From the NCBI GenBank assembly GCA_965231875.1, contig CBDDOM010000002.1, forward strand, positions 2,627,942-2,691,941: a DNA stretch of 64,000 bases. The letters run 5' to 3'. Below, piece after piece: positions 51,794 through 60,125 of this stretch (positions within the stretch are counted from its first letter, which is position 1; every line of letters starts with the position of its first letter). Both the position numbers and the translations under genes were made by a program. This stretch comes from Alphaproteobacteria bacterium (GTDB lineage Bacteria; Pseudomonadota; Alphaproteobacteria; MPNO01). A model generated the notes under the pieces. That model worked only from the letters and a program-made list of their open reading frames with translations, was not told the DNA's origin and did no database searches.

Positions 51794-52990
51794 ATGCTTC
51801 GTAAGTTCAGTTTCGCGCCGGAATTTGCTCGGCGCATACCCGATCCCAACTTCAAGTCCCAGTCTAACGCCGAACGACACCTATTTGTGATGGGTGTCAA
51901 ATCGATTCCTGCTGGCATCGGCCTAGATCCGAACGCGCGTCGGCCCAACATCTCGAAGCGCGTTTATCGAAAAGTTGAGGCCAGTTTGCTACAGCAGGAC
52001 GAGAGTCCCAGAGGGACTTTTCATCTGAAGAACAAAGGCATCACGATAATCGCTTCGTCGGTCAAGCAGTCGGGAGACCGAAAATACGAAATTGCTTTGG
52101 AGTCTGGTGTCCATGGTATCGTTGACGGTGGACACACTTATGAACTCATCATAAACAATCAAGAAAATCCAGAGCTGGCGGACGACCAATATGTGAACGT
52201 TGAAGTCCGCGTTGGAATTCCAGATCAGTGGATTCCTGAAATTGCGGGCGGCCTCAATACTTCAGTGCAGGTTCACGACATGAGTTTGGACCATCTCGCT
52301 GGACGCTTTGAGTGGCTGAAGGATTTGCTCAAGAAAGAAGAGTATTACGACACGATCGCTTGGTCGGAGAACGACAAAGGTGAATATGACGCCCGCGATA
52401 TCATAAGCATGATGCTGTGTTTCAACGTTGCTCTTTTCCCCAATGTTAAAGAGGATCACCCGATCGCCGCCTACGAAAAGAAGTCGACAGCCTTGAAGTT
52501 GTTTGAAGATAACGATGGTAGCTTCAAGCGCATGAGGCCGATACTCAAGGACATTTTGCGTTTCCATGATATCGTCGGAAAACAGGGCCGTGAGCTGTAT
52601 AATAAGTTGCCGAATACAAAAGGTGGAACTCTGGCGTTTGTCGATCAGCGCAAGCGGGGAAAGTATCGATTTCAATTCATCGGTGACGAAGACGATTATC
52701 GCCTTGCTCCCGGTGCGCTGTACCCGATGATGGCTGCATTCCGCTGGTACATTGAAGAAGACCCAATGTCGGGAAACATGAAATGGCGTGGCGGGTTCGC
52801 GAGCGTGCTAACGGCTTGGAATGAACTCGGAGGCGAACTAATGCGCGCCACGATGCAAACCAGTAACGAGTTGGGCCGAAATCCTCAATCTATCGGTAAG
52901 AGCCGCAATCACTGGTCGAACCTGCATTCTCGAGTCATTAAACATGACCTGATGAGCCAGAAGCGCCCAAACGCCGGCGCTGCTGAGTAA
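51794..52990 (+). CDS. Hypothetical protein in low-GC island; AIPR-like (abortive-infection phage-resistance) candidate
   Basis: 398-aa ORF in a segment with clearly lower GC and different codon usage than its surroundings. It has its own promoter and strong RBS. N-terminal KNKGITIIA and HGIVDGGHTYELII resemble the 'NNGITI ... IVNGxQT' core I associate with the AIPR family. That is an unverified recollection. Confidence 0.45.
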   Translation: MLRKFSFAPEFARRIPDPNFKSQSNAERHLFVMGVKSIPAGIGLDPNARRPNISKRVYRKVEASLLQQDESPRGTFHLKNKGITIIASSVKQSGDRKYEIALESGVHGIVDGGHTYELIINNQENPELADDQYVNVEVRVGIPDQWIPEIAGGLNTSVQVHDMSLDHLAGRFEWLKDLLKKEEYYDTIAWSENDKGEYDARDIISMMLCFNVALFPNVKEDHPIAAYEKKSTALKLFEDNDGSFKRMRPILKDILRFHDIVGKQGRELYNKLPNTKGGTLAFVDQRKRGKYRFQFIGDEDDYRLAPGALYPMMAAFRWYIEEDPMSGNMKWRGGFASVLTAWNELGGELMRATMQTSNELGRNPQSIGKSRNHWSNLHSRVIKHDLMSQKRPNAGAAE

Positions 52991-53042
52991 GAGGAAACCA
53001 CCGACTCGGGGGGCGACCGCCGACAAAGCGCGCTCCCGCCCC

Positions 53043-53930
53043 CTACCTCTGCACCCCCGCCAGCCCTTCCAGCACCGCACACACACTCGCCGTGTCCTCC
53101 GCCACTCGCCCCTGCGCCAGGGCGGCGTTGTAGATCTGTCCCGAGGCCGCGAAGCAGGGGGCGGCGCAGCCGACCTCCGCGAGGAAGTCGCCGATGACCT
53201 TCATGTCCTTGAGCTGCATGTCGATCGACGCCGAGGCGTTGGAATAATCCCCCGCGACCATCTGCGGGCCGCGCACCTCGAAGATGCGGGAGGTGGCGGC
53301 GCTGTTGGAGATCACCTCGTAAATCGTCTCCGGGTCGAGCCCCGCCTTGATGCCGAGCGCGAAGGCCTCGCCGGTGGCGACGTTGTGGATCGCGACCAGG
53401 AGATTGGCGACGAACTTCATCCGGCTGCCGTTGCCGAATTCGCCGAGGTCGTAATGGGCGCGGGAGAACCCCTCGAACACCTCGGTCAGGGACGCGATGG
53501 CCTGGCTGTCGCCGCTCGCATAGACCACGAGATCGCCGGCCGCGGCCTGGGTGCTGGTGCCGCTGAGCGGCACGTCGAGCAGGATCTTGCCGGTCTCGGC
53601 CAGCGTCGCGCGGCCGGCTTCCTTGATCGCGATGGGGAGCGTCGAGGTGTCGAAGGCGACGAGGCCGGGCTTTTCGGCGGCGCCGATCCCGTCCGCGCCC
53701 CCGATCACGTCCTCGAACGCCGCGATGGTGGGGAGCGAGGTCATCACGCAATCCGCGGCTTCCGCCACCGCGCGCGGGCTGTCGGCCACGCTGCCGCCCA
53801 TTGCCGCAAGGGCCTCGGCGCGCGCCGGGTCGGGATCCCGCCCCACCACCTGGAATCCGGCGGCGATCAGGTTCTTCGCCATCGCCCCGCCCATCCGGCC
53901 CAGCCCCACGATTCCGACCGTCTTCGCCAT
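53043..53930 (-). CDS. NAD(P)-dependent oxidoreductase, 3-hydroxyisobutyrate/6-phosphogluconate dehydrogenase-like
   Basis: N-terminal GIVGLGRMGGAMAKNL Rossmann motif and a C-terminal 6PGDH-like helical domain. GGGAGAGGGA RBS. Confidence 0.75.
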   Translation of the reverse strand: MAKTVGIVGLGRMGGAMAKNLIAAGFQVVGRDPDPARAEALAAMGGSVADSPRAVAEAADCVMTSLPTIAAFEDVIGGADGIGAAEKPGLVAFDTSTLPIAIKEAGRATLAETGKILLDVPLSGTSTQAAAGDLVVYASGDSQAIASLTEVFEGFSRAHYDLGEFGNGSRMKFVANLLVAIHNVATGEAFALGIKAGLDPETIYEVISNSAATSRIFEVRGPQMVAGDYSNASASIDMQLKDMKVIGDFLAEVGCAAPCFAASGQIYNAALAQGRVAEDTASVCAVLEGLAGVQR

Positions 53931-54007
53931 CGTCCCTCTCCCGCGCCGCGAGGCGCCCTGTGCTATAAGAACCGCCGCGCAACATAGCGGCTCGGGGAAG
54001 GCGGGGC

Positions 54008-56347
54008 ATGGCAAATCAGGGGGTGGGCGCGTCGATCGCGCGCAAGGAGGACGACCGCCTGATGCGCGGCCGCGGCCGTTTCGTGGGCGATTTCGGCCTC
54101 GCCGGCCAGCTCGAGGCGGCCTTCGTCCGGAGCCCCGTCGCGCATGCCCTGATCGGGGGGATCGACATCCCGGACGACATCCGTTCGCGCGTCTTCACCC
54201 ATGCCGACATGAAAGGCGTCAGGCCGATCCGCGCGGTCTCCGCCCTGCCGGGGTTCAAGCCCTCGTCCCAGCCGGCGCTGGCGTCGGAAAAGGTGCGCCA
54301 GGTGGGCGAGACGATCGCGATCTGCGTCGCCGACACCCGCGCCGAGGCCGAGGACATGGCCGACCGCGTCGCGGTCGATTTCGAGATCCTGCCGGCGATC
54401 TCCGACATGCTGACCGCCCGCGATCCGGACGCGCCGCTGATCCATGAGTCATGGGGCGACAACGTCTTCCTGGAGACCGATGTCGACGACGACATCGAGG
54501 CGGTCGCCGCCCGCGCCGCGGTCAAGGTGACGCGCGAGGTCCGCACCGCGCGGCAGTGCATGGCGCCGATCGAGGGCAAGGGGGTGCTCGCCGAGTGGGA
54601 TCCGAGGCTCCGCCAGCTCACCGTGACCTCGGCGGCCCAGCTCCCCCATATCGTCCGCAACGGGCTCGCCGAATGTCTCGGCATGGACCTCGCCAGCGTC
54701 CGGGTGATCGCGCCCGATGTCGGCGGCGGTTTCGGCTACAAGGGGATCCTCGCGCCGGAGGAGGTCTGCATCGCCTGGCTCGCCAGACGCCTGGAACGCC
54801 CGGTGCGCTGGCTGGAGGACCGGCGCGAGCACCTGACCGCCAACGCCAATTGCCGCGAGCACCACTACGTCGTCACCGGCTATGCCGACGCGGAGGGAAG
54901 GCTGCTCGGGCTGGAGGCGGAGGCGACGGTCGATGCCGGCGCCTATTCGGCCTACCCGTTCTCGGCCTGTCTCGAAGCCGCCCAGGTCGCCTCGATCCTG
55001 CCCGGGCCCTACCTCATGGACGCGTTCCGCTGCCGCACCTGGTCGATCGCCTCCAACAAGCCGCCGATCCTGCCCTTCCGCGGGGTGGCGCGGCCCGGCG
55101 TCTGCTTCGCGCTGGAACTCGTGATCGACGCCATCGCCCGCGAGGTCGGGCGCGAGCCGCACGAGGTCCGGCTGGACAACCTGGTGAAGCCCGAGCAGAT
55201 GCCGTTCGACAACATCACCGCCAAGCATTACGACAGCGGCGACTATCCGGAGAGCATCCGCCGCGCGGCCGAGGCGATCGACGTCGCCGGGGTCCGAGCG
55301 CGGCAGGCGCGCGGCGAGCCGGACGGGCGGCGCGTCGGGGTCGGGTTCTCGATCTTCTGCGAACAGGCCGGGCACGGGACGGCGGTCTATTCCGGCTGGG
55401 GGATCCCGATGATCCCGGGCTTCGAGCAGGCCGGCGCGCGGCTTACGCCGGACGGCGCGCTGGAACTCCGCGTCGGGGTCCACAGCCACGGCCAGGGGCT
55501 GGAGACCAGCCTCGCCCAGGTGGCGCACGAGGTGCTCGGCATCGACACCGACGACGTGCGGGTGGTGCTGGGCGATACCGCCTACACCCCCTACTCGACC
55601 GGGACGTGGGGATCGCGCTGCATGATCATGGCGGGTGGCGCGACGGCGGAGGCCTGCAGGCTGCTTGCCGAACGGATCCGCCAGATCGGCGCCGGGCTGC
55701 TGCAGGTCGATCCCGCCTCGGTGCGGCTGGAGGACGGAAGGGTGGCCGGCCCGTCCGGCAGCGTGACACTGCAGGAGGTCGGGCGCACCTGGTACCTGCG
55801 CCCGCAGGACCTGACCGCCGACGTCGACCGGCAGGGGCTGGAGGTCATCGGCGGCTACAAGCCCGAGCGCGATTCCGGCACCTTCAGCTATGCCTGCCAC
55901 GCCGCATTCGTCGCCGTCGACACCGCGACCGGCGAGGTCGAGATCCTGGATTACGTCGTGGTCGAGGACGGCGGGGTGCTGGTCAACCCGATGATCGTCG
56001 ACGGCCAGGTCTATGGCGGCACCGGGCAGGGCATCGGCACCGCGCTCTACGAGGAGATGCCCTACGCGGAGGACGGCCAGCCGCTCGCGCCCACGCTGGC
56101 CGACTACCTCTTGCCGGGGCCGACCGAGATCCCCTCGATCCGGGTCGACCACATGGAGACCCCCTCGCCCTACACCACCTTCGGGCAGAAGGGGATCGGC
56201 GAGGGCGGGGCTATCGGCCCGCCGGCGGCGATCGGCAACGCGATCAACGACGCGCTTGCGCCGCTCGGGGTCGAGGTCTCCGAGTGCCCGATCACGCCGC
56301 GCCGGCTGCTCGCCGCCATCGCCGCGGCGGGAGACGCCGGCAGGTGA
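54008..56347 (+). CDS. Xanthine dehydrogenase-family molybdopterin-binding subunit (CoxL/aldehyde-oxidase-like, stand-alone large subunit)
   Basis: 779 aa. N-terminal IARKEDDRLMRGRGRFVGD, with the Mo-cofactor binding domains following the family pattern. Confidence 0.8.
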   Translation: MANQGVGASIARKEDDRLMRGRGRFVGDFGLAGQLEAAFVRSPVAHALIGGIDIPDDIRSRVFTHADMKGVRPIRAVSALPGFKPSSQPALASEKVRQVGETIAICVADTRAEAEDMADRVAVDFEILPAISDMLTARDPDAPLIHESWGDNVFLETDVDDDIEAVAARAAVKVTREVRTARQCMAPIEGKGVLAEWDPRLRQLTVTSAAQLPHIVRNGLAECLGMDLASVRVIAPDVGGGFGYKGILAPEEVCIAWLARRLERPVRWLEDRREHLTANANCREHHYVVTGYADAEGRLLGLEAEATVDAGAYSAYPFSACLEAAQVASILPGPYLMDAFRCRTWSIASNKPPILPFRGVARPGVCFALELVIDAIAREVGREPHEVRLDNLVKPEQMPFDNITAKHYDSGDYPESIRRAAEAIDVAGVRARQARGEPDGRRVGVGFSIFCEQAGHGTAVYSGWGIPMIPGFEQAGARLTPDGALELRVGVHSHGQGLETSLAQVAHEVLGIDTDDVRVVLGDTAYTPYSTGTWGSRCMIMAGGATAEACRLLAERIRQIGAGLLQVDPASVRLEDGRVAGPSGSVTLQEVGRTWYLRPQDLTADVDRQGLEVIGGYKPERDSGTFSYACHAAFVAVDTATGEVEILDYVVVEDGGVLVNPMIVDGQVYGGTGQGIGTALYEEMPYAEDGQPLAPTLADYLLPGPTEIPSIRVDHMETPSPYTTFGQKGIGEGGAIGPPAAIGNAINDALAPLGVEVSECPITPRRLLAAIAAAGDAGR

Positions 56348-57303
56348 CCGCTCCGCCCTGTTCCGGCGTGGAGACCGGGCGGGAGCCCGCCGGGTTCGTC
56401 CTGCCCGAGCCCTCCGCGATCCTCGACCTCGTCATGGACGACGGCGCGCCGATCCGCGTCCTGCGCCACGGCAACCGGTCCGGCCCGCGCGTCGTGCTGA
56501 GCCACGGCAACGGCTTCGCGAGCGACACCTATTTCCCGTTCTGGCGGTCGATGCTGGAGCGCTTCGACCTCGCCCTGTTCGATTTCCGCAATTGCGGGCG
56601 CAACCCGTTCCACGCGGCGAAGCCGTTCGACTATCCGCGTTTCGCGCGGGACGGCGCGGCGGTGCACGGCGCCATCGCGGACGCGTGGGGCGCGAAGACC
56701 ACGATCGGCGTCTTCCATTCGATGTCGGCGACGACGGCGCTGTGCGAGGTCGTCGAGGGCATCTGGCACTGGGACGCGCTGGTACTGTTCGACCCGCCGG
56801 TGATGCCGCCGGAAGGCAACCCGCTGCGCGCCCGATTGATGGCCGAGGGCGAGGCGCTGCGCGACGCCGCCCTGATCCGCAAGAACCGGTTCCCCGACTC
56901 CGACGAGCTGGCCGACGTGTTCCGGTACCTGCACCGGTTCCGGCGTCTGCGCAAGGGGGTGGCGGAACTGATCGCGGGCTCGACGCTGCGCTTCGATGCC
57001 GCCTCTGGCGAGTGGCTGCTCTGCTGCCCGGGCCCGGTGGAGGCCGGACTCTATATCGAGGTCGGCAAGCTGCCCCTCTGGCGAAAGGCCGGCCCGCCGG
57101 CGCGCCCGCTGCTGATCGTGGGCGCCGACCCGGAGCCCGACGACGCGCCCCGGACCGCGCGCTGTTGCGAGGCGTTCTGCGGAACCTTCGGCATCGACTA
57201 TGCCTTCGTGCCCGATACCAGCCACCTCCTGCAGCTCGAAGAGCCGGAGCAATGTTTCGCCCTGCTGGAGGGTTTCCTCGCCGAAAACGGGATCGCCGCA
57301 TGA
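56344..57303 (+). CDS. Alpha/beta hydrolase, paralog 1 (non-canonical HS-x-SA nucleophile elbow)
   Basis: HGNGFASDTYFPFW ... GVFHSMSATTA. Apparent GTG start overlapping the upstream stop as GTGA. About 45% identical to the next gene. Confidence 0.6.
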   Translation: MTAPPCSGVETGREPAGFVLPEPSAILDLVMDDGAPIRVLRHGNRSGPRVVLSHGNGFASDTYFPFWRSMLERFDLALFDFRNCGRNPFHAAKPFDYPRFARDGAAVHGAIADAWGAKTTIGVFHSMSATTALCEVVEGIWHWDALVLFDPPVMPPEGNPLRARLMAEGEALRDAALIRKNRFPDSDELADVFRYLHRFRRLRKGVAELIAGSTLRFDAASGEWLLCCPGPVEAGLYIEVGKLPLWRKAGPPARPLLIVGADPEPDDAPRTARCCEAFCGTFGIDYAFVPDTSHLLQLEEPEQCFALLEGFLAENGIAA

Positions 57304-58226
57304 ACGCACCGCCGGATATCTTCCGTGTCCCCCAGCCGATCGAGAGCTTCGACGCCGAGATGGAGGACGGCGCCGTCATCCGCGTCCGCCGCCACGGCAA
57401 CCCGGACGGGCCCAGGCTGACGATGGCGCACGGCAACGGCTTCGCCATCGACGCCTATTACCCGTTCTGGCGGCTGCTGACCGACCGCTACGACCTCGCG
57501 ATCTACGACCAGCGCAACCACGGCCAGAACCCGCGCCACGACGCGGAGCGCCACGACGTTCCCGCCTTCGTCGCCGACATGGACCGGCTGATCGACCTCA
57601 TCTCCGAGCGTTTCGGCCCCAAGCCGACGGTCGGCGTGTTCCATTCGATCTCGGCGGTCACCGCGATCCGGCATGCGCTGGAGCATGGCTGGCGCTGGGA
57701 CGCGCTGGCGCTGTTCGACCCGCCGCTGATCCCCTCGCCCGGCCACCAGGCGCACGAGGTCGCGCGGACGTTCGAGCTGGGCCTCGCGGACTGGGCGGCG
57801 GCGCGGCCGGACCGTTTCTCGACCGCGATGGATCTCGCCGCCCGCTTCGCCCGGTCGAAGAGCCTCGCGCGCTGGGTGGAAGGCGGGCATGCCCTGATGG
57901 CGCGCTCGATCGTCCGCGAGGACCCGGAGACCGGGGAGTTCGTGCTGTGCTGCCCGCGCGAGGGGGAATCACGGGTCTACCGCACCAATGCCGGGATGGA
58001 CCTCTGCCCGCGCCTCGGCGAGCTCAAGGGACCGCTGGTCTTCATCTCGTCCGACCCCGACGCGCCGGGCGCGCTGGCTCCCGGCAAGGTCGGCCGCGCG
58101 ATGCAGGAAGACCACGGCATCGCGTGGACCCCGATCGAAAACACCAGCCACCTGCTCCAGATCGAACGCCCCGACGCCTGTCACACGGCGCTGGAAGCGT
58201 TCCTGGCGCGGCAGTCCCTGGGCTAG
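57300..58226 (+). CDS. Alpha/beta hydrolase, paralog 2 (non-canonical HS-x-SA nucleophile elbow)
   Basis: HGNGFAIDAYYPFW ... GVFHSISAVTA. The start overlaps the paralog-1 stop as ATGA. Confidence 0.65.
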   Translation: MNAPPDIFRVPQPIESFDAEMEDGAVIRVRRHGNPDGPRLTMAHGNGFAIDAYYPFWRLLTDRYDLAIYDQRNHGQNPRHDAERHDVPAFVADMDRLIDLISERFGPKPTVGVFHSISAVTAIRHALEHGWRWDALALFDPPLIPSPGHQAHEVARTFELGLADWAAARPDRFSTAMDLAARFARSKSLARWVEGGHALMARSIVREDPETGEFVLCCPREGESRVYRTNAGMDLCPRLGELKGPLVFISSDPDAPGALAPGKVGRAMQEDHGIAWTPIENTSHLLQIERPDACHTALEAFLARQSLG

Positions 58227-58267
58227 AGACTGTCCGATTCACTTGGAGCCGCCGCGCGAGCGGGGCG

Positions 58268-58370
58268 CCCTTCGATACGCGGCTTCGCCGCTACTCAGGG
58301 TGAGGGATGGGCTGTCGACGGCCAAAAAGTCTCCTCATCCCGAGTAGGCGCGAAGCGCCGTATCGAGGGA
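58268..58370. repeat. Family-B long imperfect palindrome, copy 2
   Basis: cccttcgatacgcggcttcgccgctactcagggtgaggg...cctcatcccgagtaggcgcgaagcgccgtatcgaggga. The arms are nearly identical to copy 1 and the spacer is different. It lies about 40 nt after the hydrolase stop. Confidence 0.75.
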
Positions 58371-58453
58371 CGCCACGTCGGCACGGTTCCATCCAACACG
58401 GATAGACCCCTGAGCGCCCCCGGAGATCCGAAAATAGTCCCGTTTCGGGACAA

Positions 58454-58469
58454 TGTTTCACGTGAAACA
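58454..58469. other. parS site 1 (perfect match to canonical ParB-binding centromere sequence)
   Basis: TGTTTCACGTGAAACA is a perfect 16-bp palindrome, identical to the canonical parS consensus TGTTNCACGTGAAACA. Confidence 0.75.
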
Positions 58470-58490
58470 ATGGTCAACAATGCTGACCTA

Positions 58491-58506
58491 TGTTTCACGT
58501 GAAACA
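58491..58506. other. parS site 2 (perfect match), 21 bp from site 1
   Basis: A second exact TGTTTCACGTGAAACA. The 21-bp gap between the sites holds the small palindrome GGTCA-acaatgc-TGACC. Confidence 0.75.
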
Positions 58507-58528
58507 TTAGGCGCGGTTCCCGGCGGCG

Positions 58529-59620
58529 TCAGCGGCCCTCGACCCGCATGTCCTCGGGCACGATGCGGCCGCTGTCGACGATGGTCTCGTTGTCGAGGGT
58601 GAGCGAACAGCCCTTGAGCGGGATGTCGATATGGCACAGCGTGTCGTTGTCGCCGCCGACCTCGGTATTGGGGCCGGTCGAGAACAGGACGTTGCCGTAG
58701 AAGGCGCGTCCGTCCTGGCCGGTGGAGTCCGCCGCCGCCGGGTCGGTGCCCATGAAGTCCCAGCGCGCCCTCGGATCGAGCCCCCAGCCGATATGCGAGA
58801 CCGCGTAGGCGCGCGGATCGTCGTAGCTCGCCATGAAGCTCCGCAACAGCTCGGCATCAAGTCCGGGGCCGGCGATGTCGGTGATCATGCCGCTTTCGAC
58901 GGTGAGCGTGATCGGGTCGGTGACGTAGCGCATCGACGGCAGCAGCAGCTGGTCGCCGGTGTCGATAACCACCTTTCCGTCGACGCCGTCCTCCACCGCC
59001 GCGGTGTACAGGAACACGCCCGGCCAGTGGTCCCAGCGGCCCGGCTCATCGGTGTAGCCGTACTGCTCGCCGATCCGGTAGCCGCCGAAACGGTAGGTGA
59101 CGTCGGTGCCGCCGGGCGAGGTGATGCGCATCTCCTTCGCCTTCGCCAGCCTGGCCGATGCGGCCTCGATGCGGCGCCGGTCGCCGGGGTTCGACACCAT
59201 CCGCTTGAGCACGTCGATCGGCTCGATGATCAGCAGCATGCGCGGCCCGGCATCGGTGATCTCGGTCTGCTCCTTCGACCAGAGCAGCCCGACCAGGTCG
59301 ACCACCATGTCGACGCTCTTGAGCGCCGCCTTCGCGGGCTCGTTGCCCTGCAGCGAATTGCCCGGCCCGAAGAAGCTGCCCGGCTTCTTCCTGATATTGA
59401 CCTGGAACGCATCCGCTTCGAGCTCGGCCGCGGCGGCGAGACACGCCGTCGCGTGCTCGGTCCGCACGTCGTCTTCCGAGAGCACGGCGACGCTGGTCCC
59501 CTGGCCCACGTCGCAAAGATCGAGCTGCTTCCTGAACAACGCGACTGTTTCGGCATCCGCAACCATCGTTCCCTCCGCCTTTTGCCGCCCGTCCCGGGCG
59601 CGTTGTGAAAACGCTATCAC
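58529..59620 (-). CDS. M29-peptidase-fold protein, 2,5-dihydroxypyridine dioxygenase (NicX)-like / aminopeptidase-T-like
   Basis: 363 aa. HIGWGLDP and a C-terminal CHIDIPL...TLDNETIVDSGRI match the His/His-x-Asp metal-site pattern of the M29/NicX family. Recalled, not searched. Confidence 0.5.
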   Translation of the reverse strand: MIAFSQRARDGRQKAEGTMVADAETVALFRKQLDLCDVGQGTSVAVLSEDDVRTEHATACLAAAAELEADAFQVNIRKKPGSFFGPGNSLQGNEPAKAALKSVDMVVDLVGLLWSKEQTEITDAGPRMLLIIEPIDVLKRMVSNPGDRRRIEAASARLAKAKEMRITSPGGTDVTYRFGGYRIGEQYGYTDEPGRWDHWPGVFLYTAAVEDGVDGKVVIDTGDQLLLPSMRYVTDPITLTVESGMITDIAGPGLDAELLRSFMASYDDPRAYAVSHIGWGLDPRARWDFMGTDPAAADSTGQDGRAFYGNVLFSTGPNTEVGGDNDTLCHIDIPLKGCSLTLDNETIVDSGRIVPEDMRVEGR

Positions 59621-59651
59621 CCGCCGTTCGAGGCGGCAAGAAAAGCGGGCG

Positions 59652-60122
59652 TCAGACCGGCTTTGCGAGCAGGGTCGGGATCGAGAAGGTGTCGAGCACG
59701 ACGACCCGCTCGACCAATTTGAGCGCGCCGCCGAAGCGCCCCATCGTGTCGCGGTAGCAGCCGACCGCGAACAGGCGCGACACGCCGTCTACGTCGGTCT
59801 GGTAGAGCGCGTAGTTCGTCTCGACCTCGATCCGGTCGTCCCGGTCGGCGACGATGCGGGGCGGACCGGCGATATGCCGCGTGGTGTGCGGGTTGAAGGT
59901 GTTGGCCCTGAGCAGCGAGACGATCCGGTCGCTCAGCGCCTTCTTGGTCTCGCACAGCATGACGCTGCCGGGCAGGCCCTGCTGGACGTTCTCCAGCGGC
60001 ACGATTCGGTAGGCGCACTCGTCGTGGAAGAGGTCGAGCCAGGCCTGCCAGTCCTCGTTGTCGAGCGCTGCGGAGGACTCGGCGATCAGGGCTTCGACAC
60101 GCGCCCGGAGCCCGGTGTCCAC
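59652..60122 (-). CDS. Aromatic ring-hydroxylating dioxygenase beta (small) subunit
   Basis: 156 aa, NTF2-like. WQAWLDLFHDECAYRIV...NYALYQTD is the typical beta-subunit pattern. It follows the alpha subunit after 3 nt. Confidence 0.7.
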   Translation of the reverse strand: MDTGLRARVEALIAESSAALDNEDWQAWLDLFHDECAYRIVPLENVQQGLPGSVMLCETKKALSDRIVSLLRANTFNPHTTRHIAGPPRIVADRDDRIEVETNYALYQTDVDGVSRLFAVGCYRDTMGRFGGALKLVERVVVLDTFSIPTLLAKPV

Positions 60123-60125
60123 GCG

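Noticed and set aside
58295-58507. 70-aa minus-strand ORF starting with atgtttcacgtgaaacat
   Set aside because: Its start codon is simply the ATG inside the parS palindrome. The ORF runs through repeat family B. It has no RBS and is not plausible as a gene.
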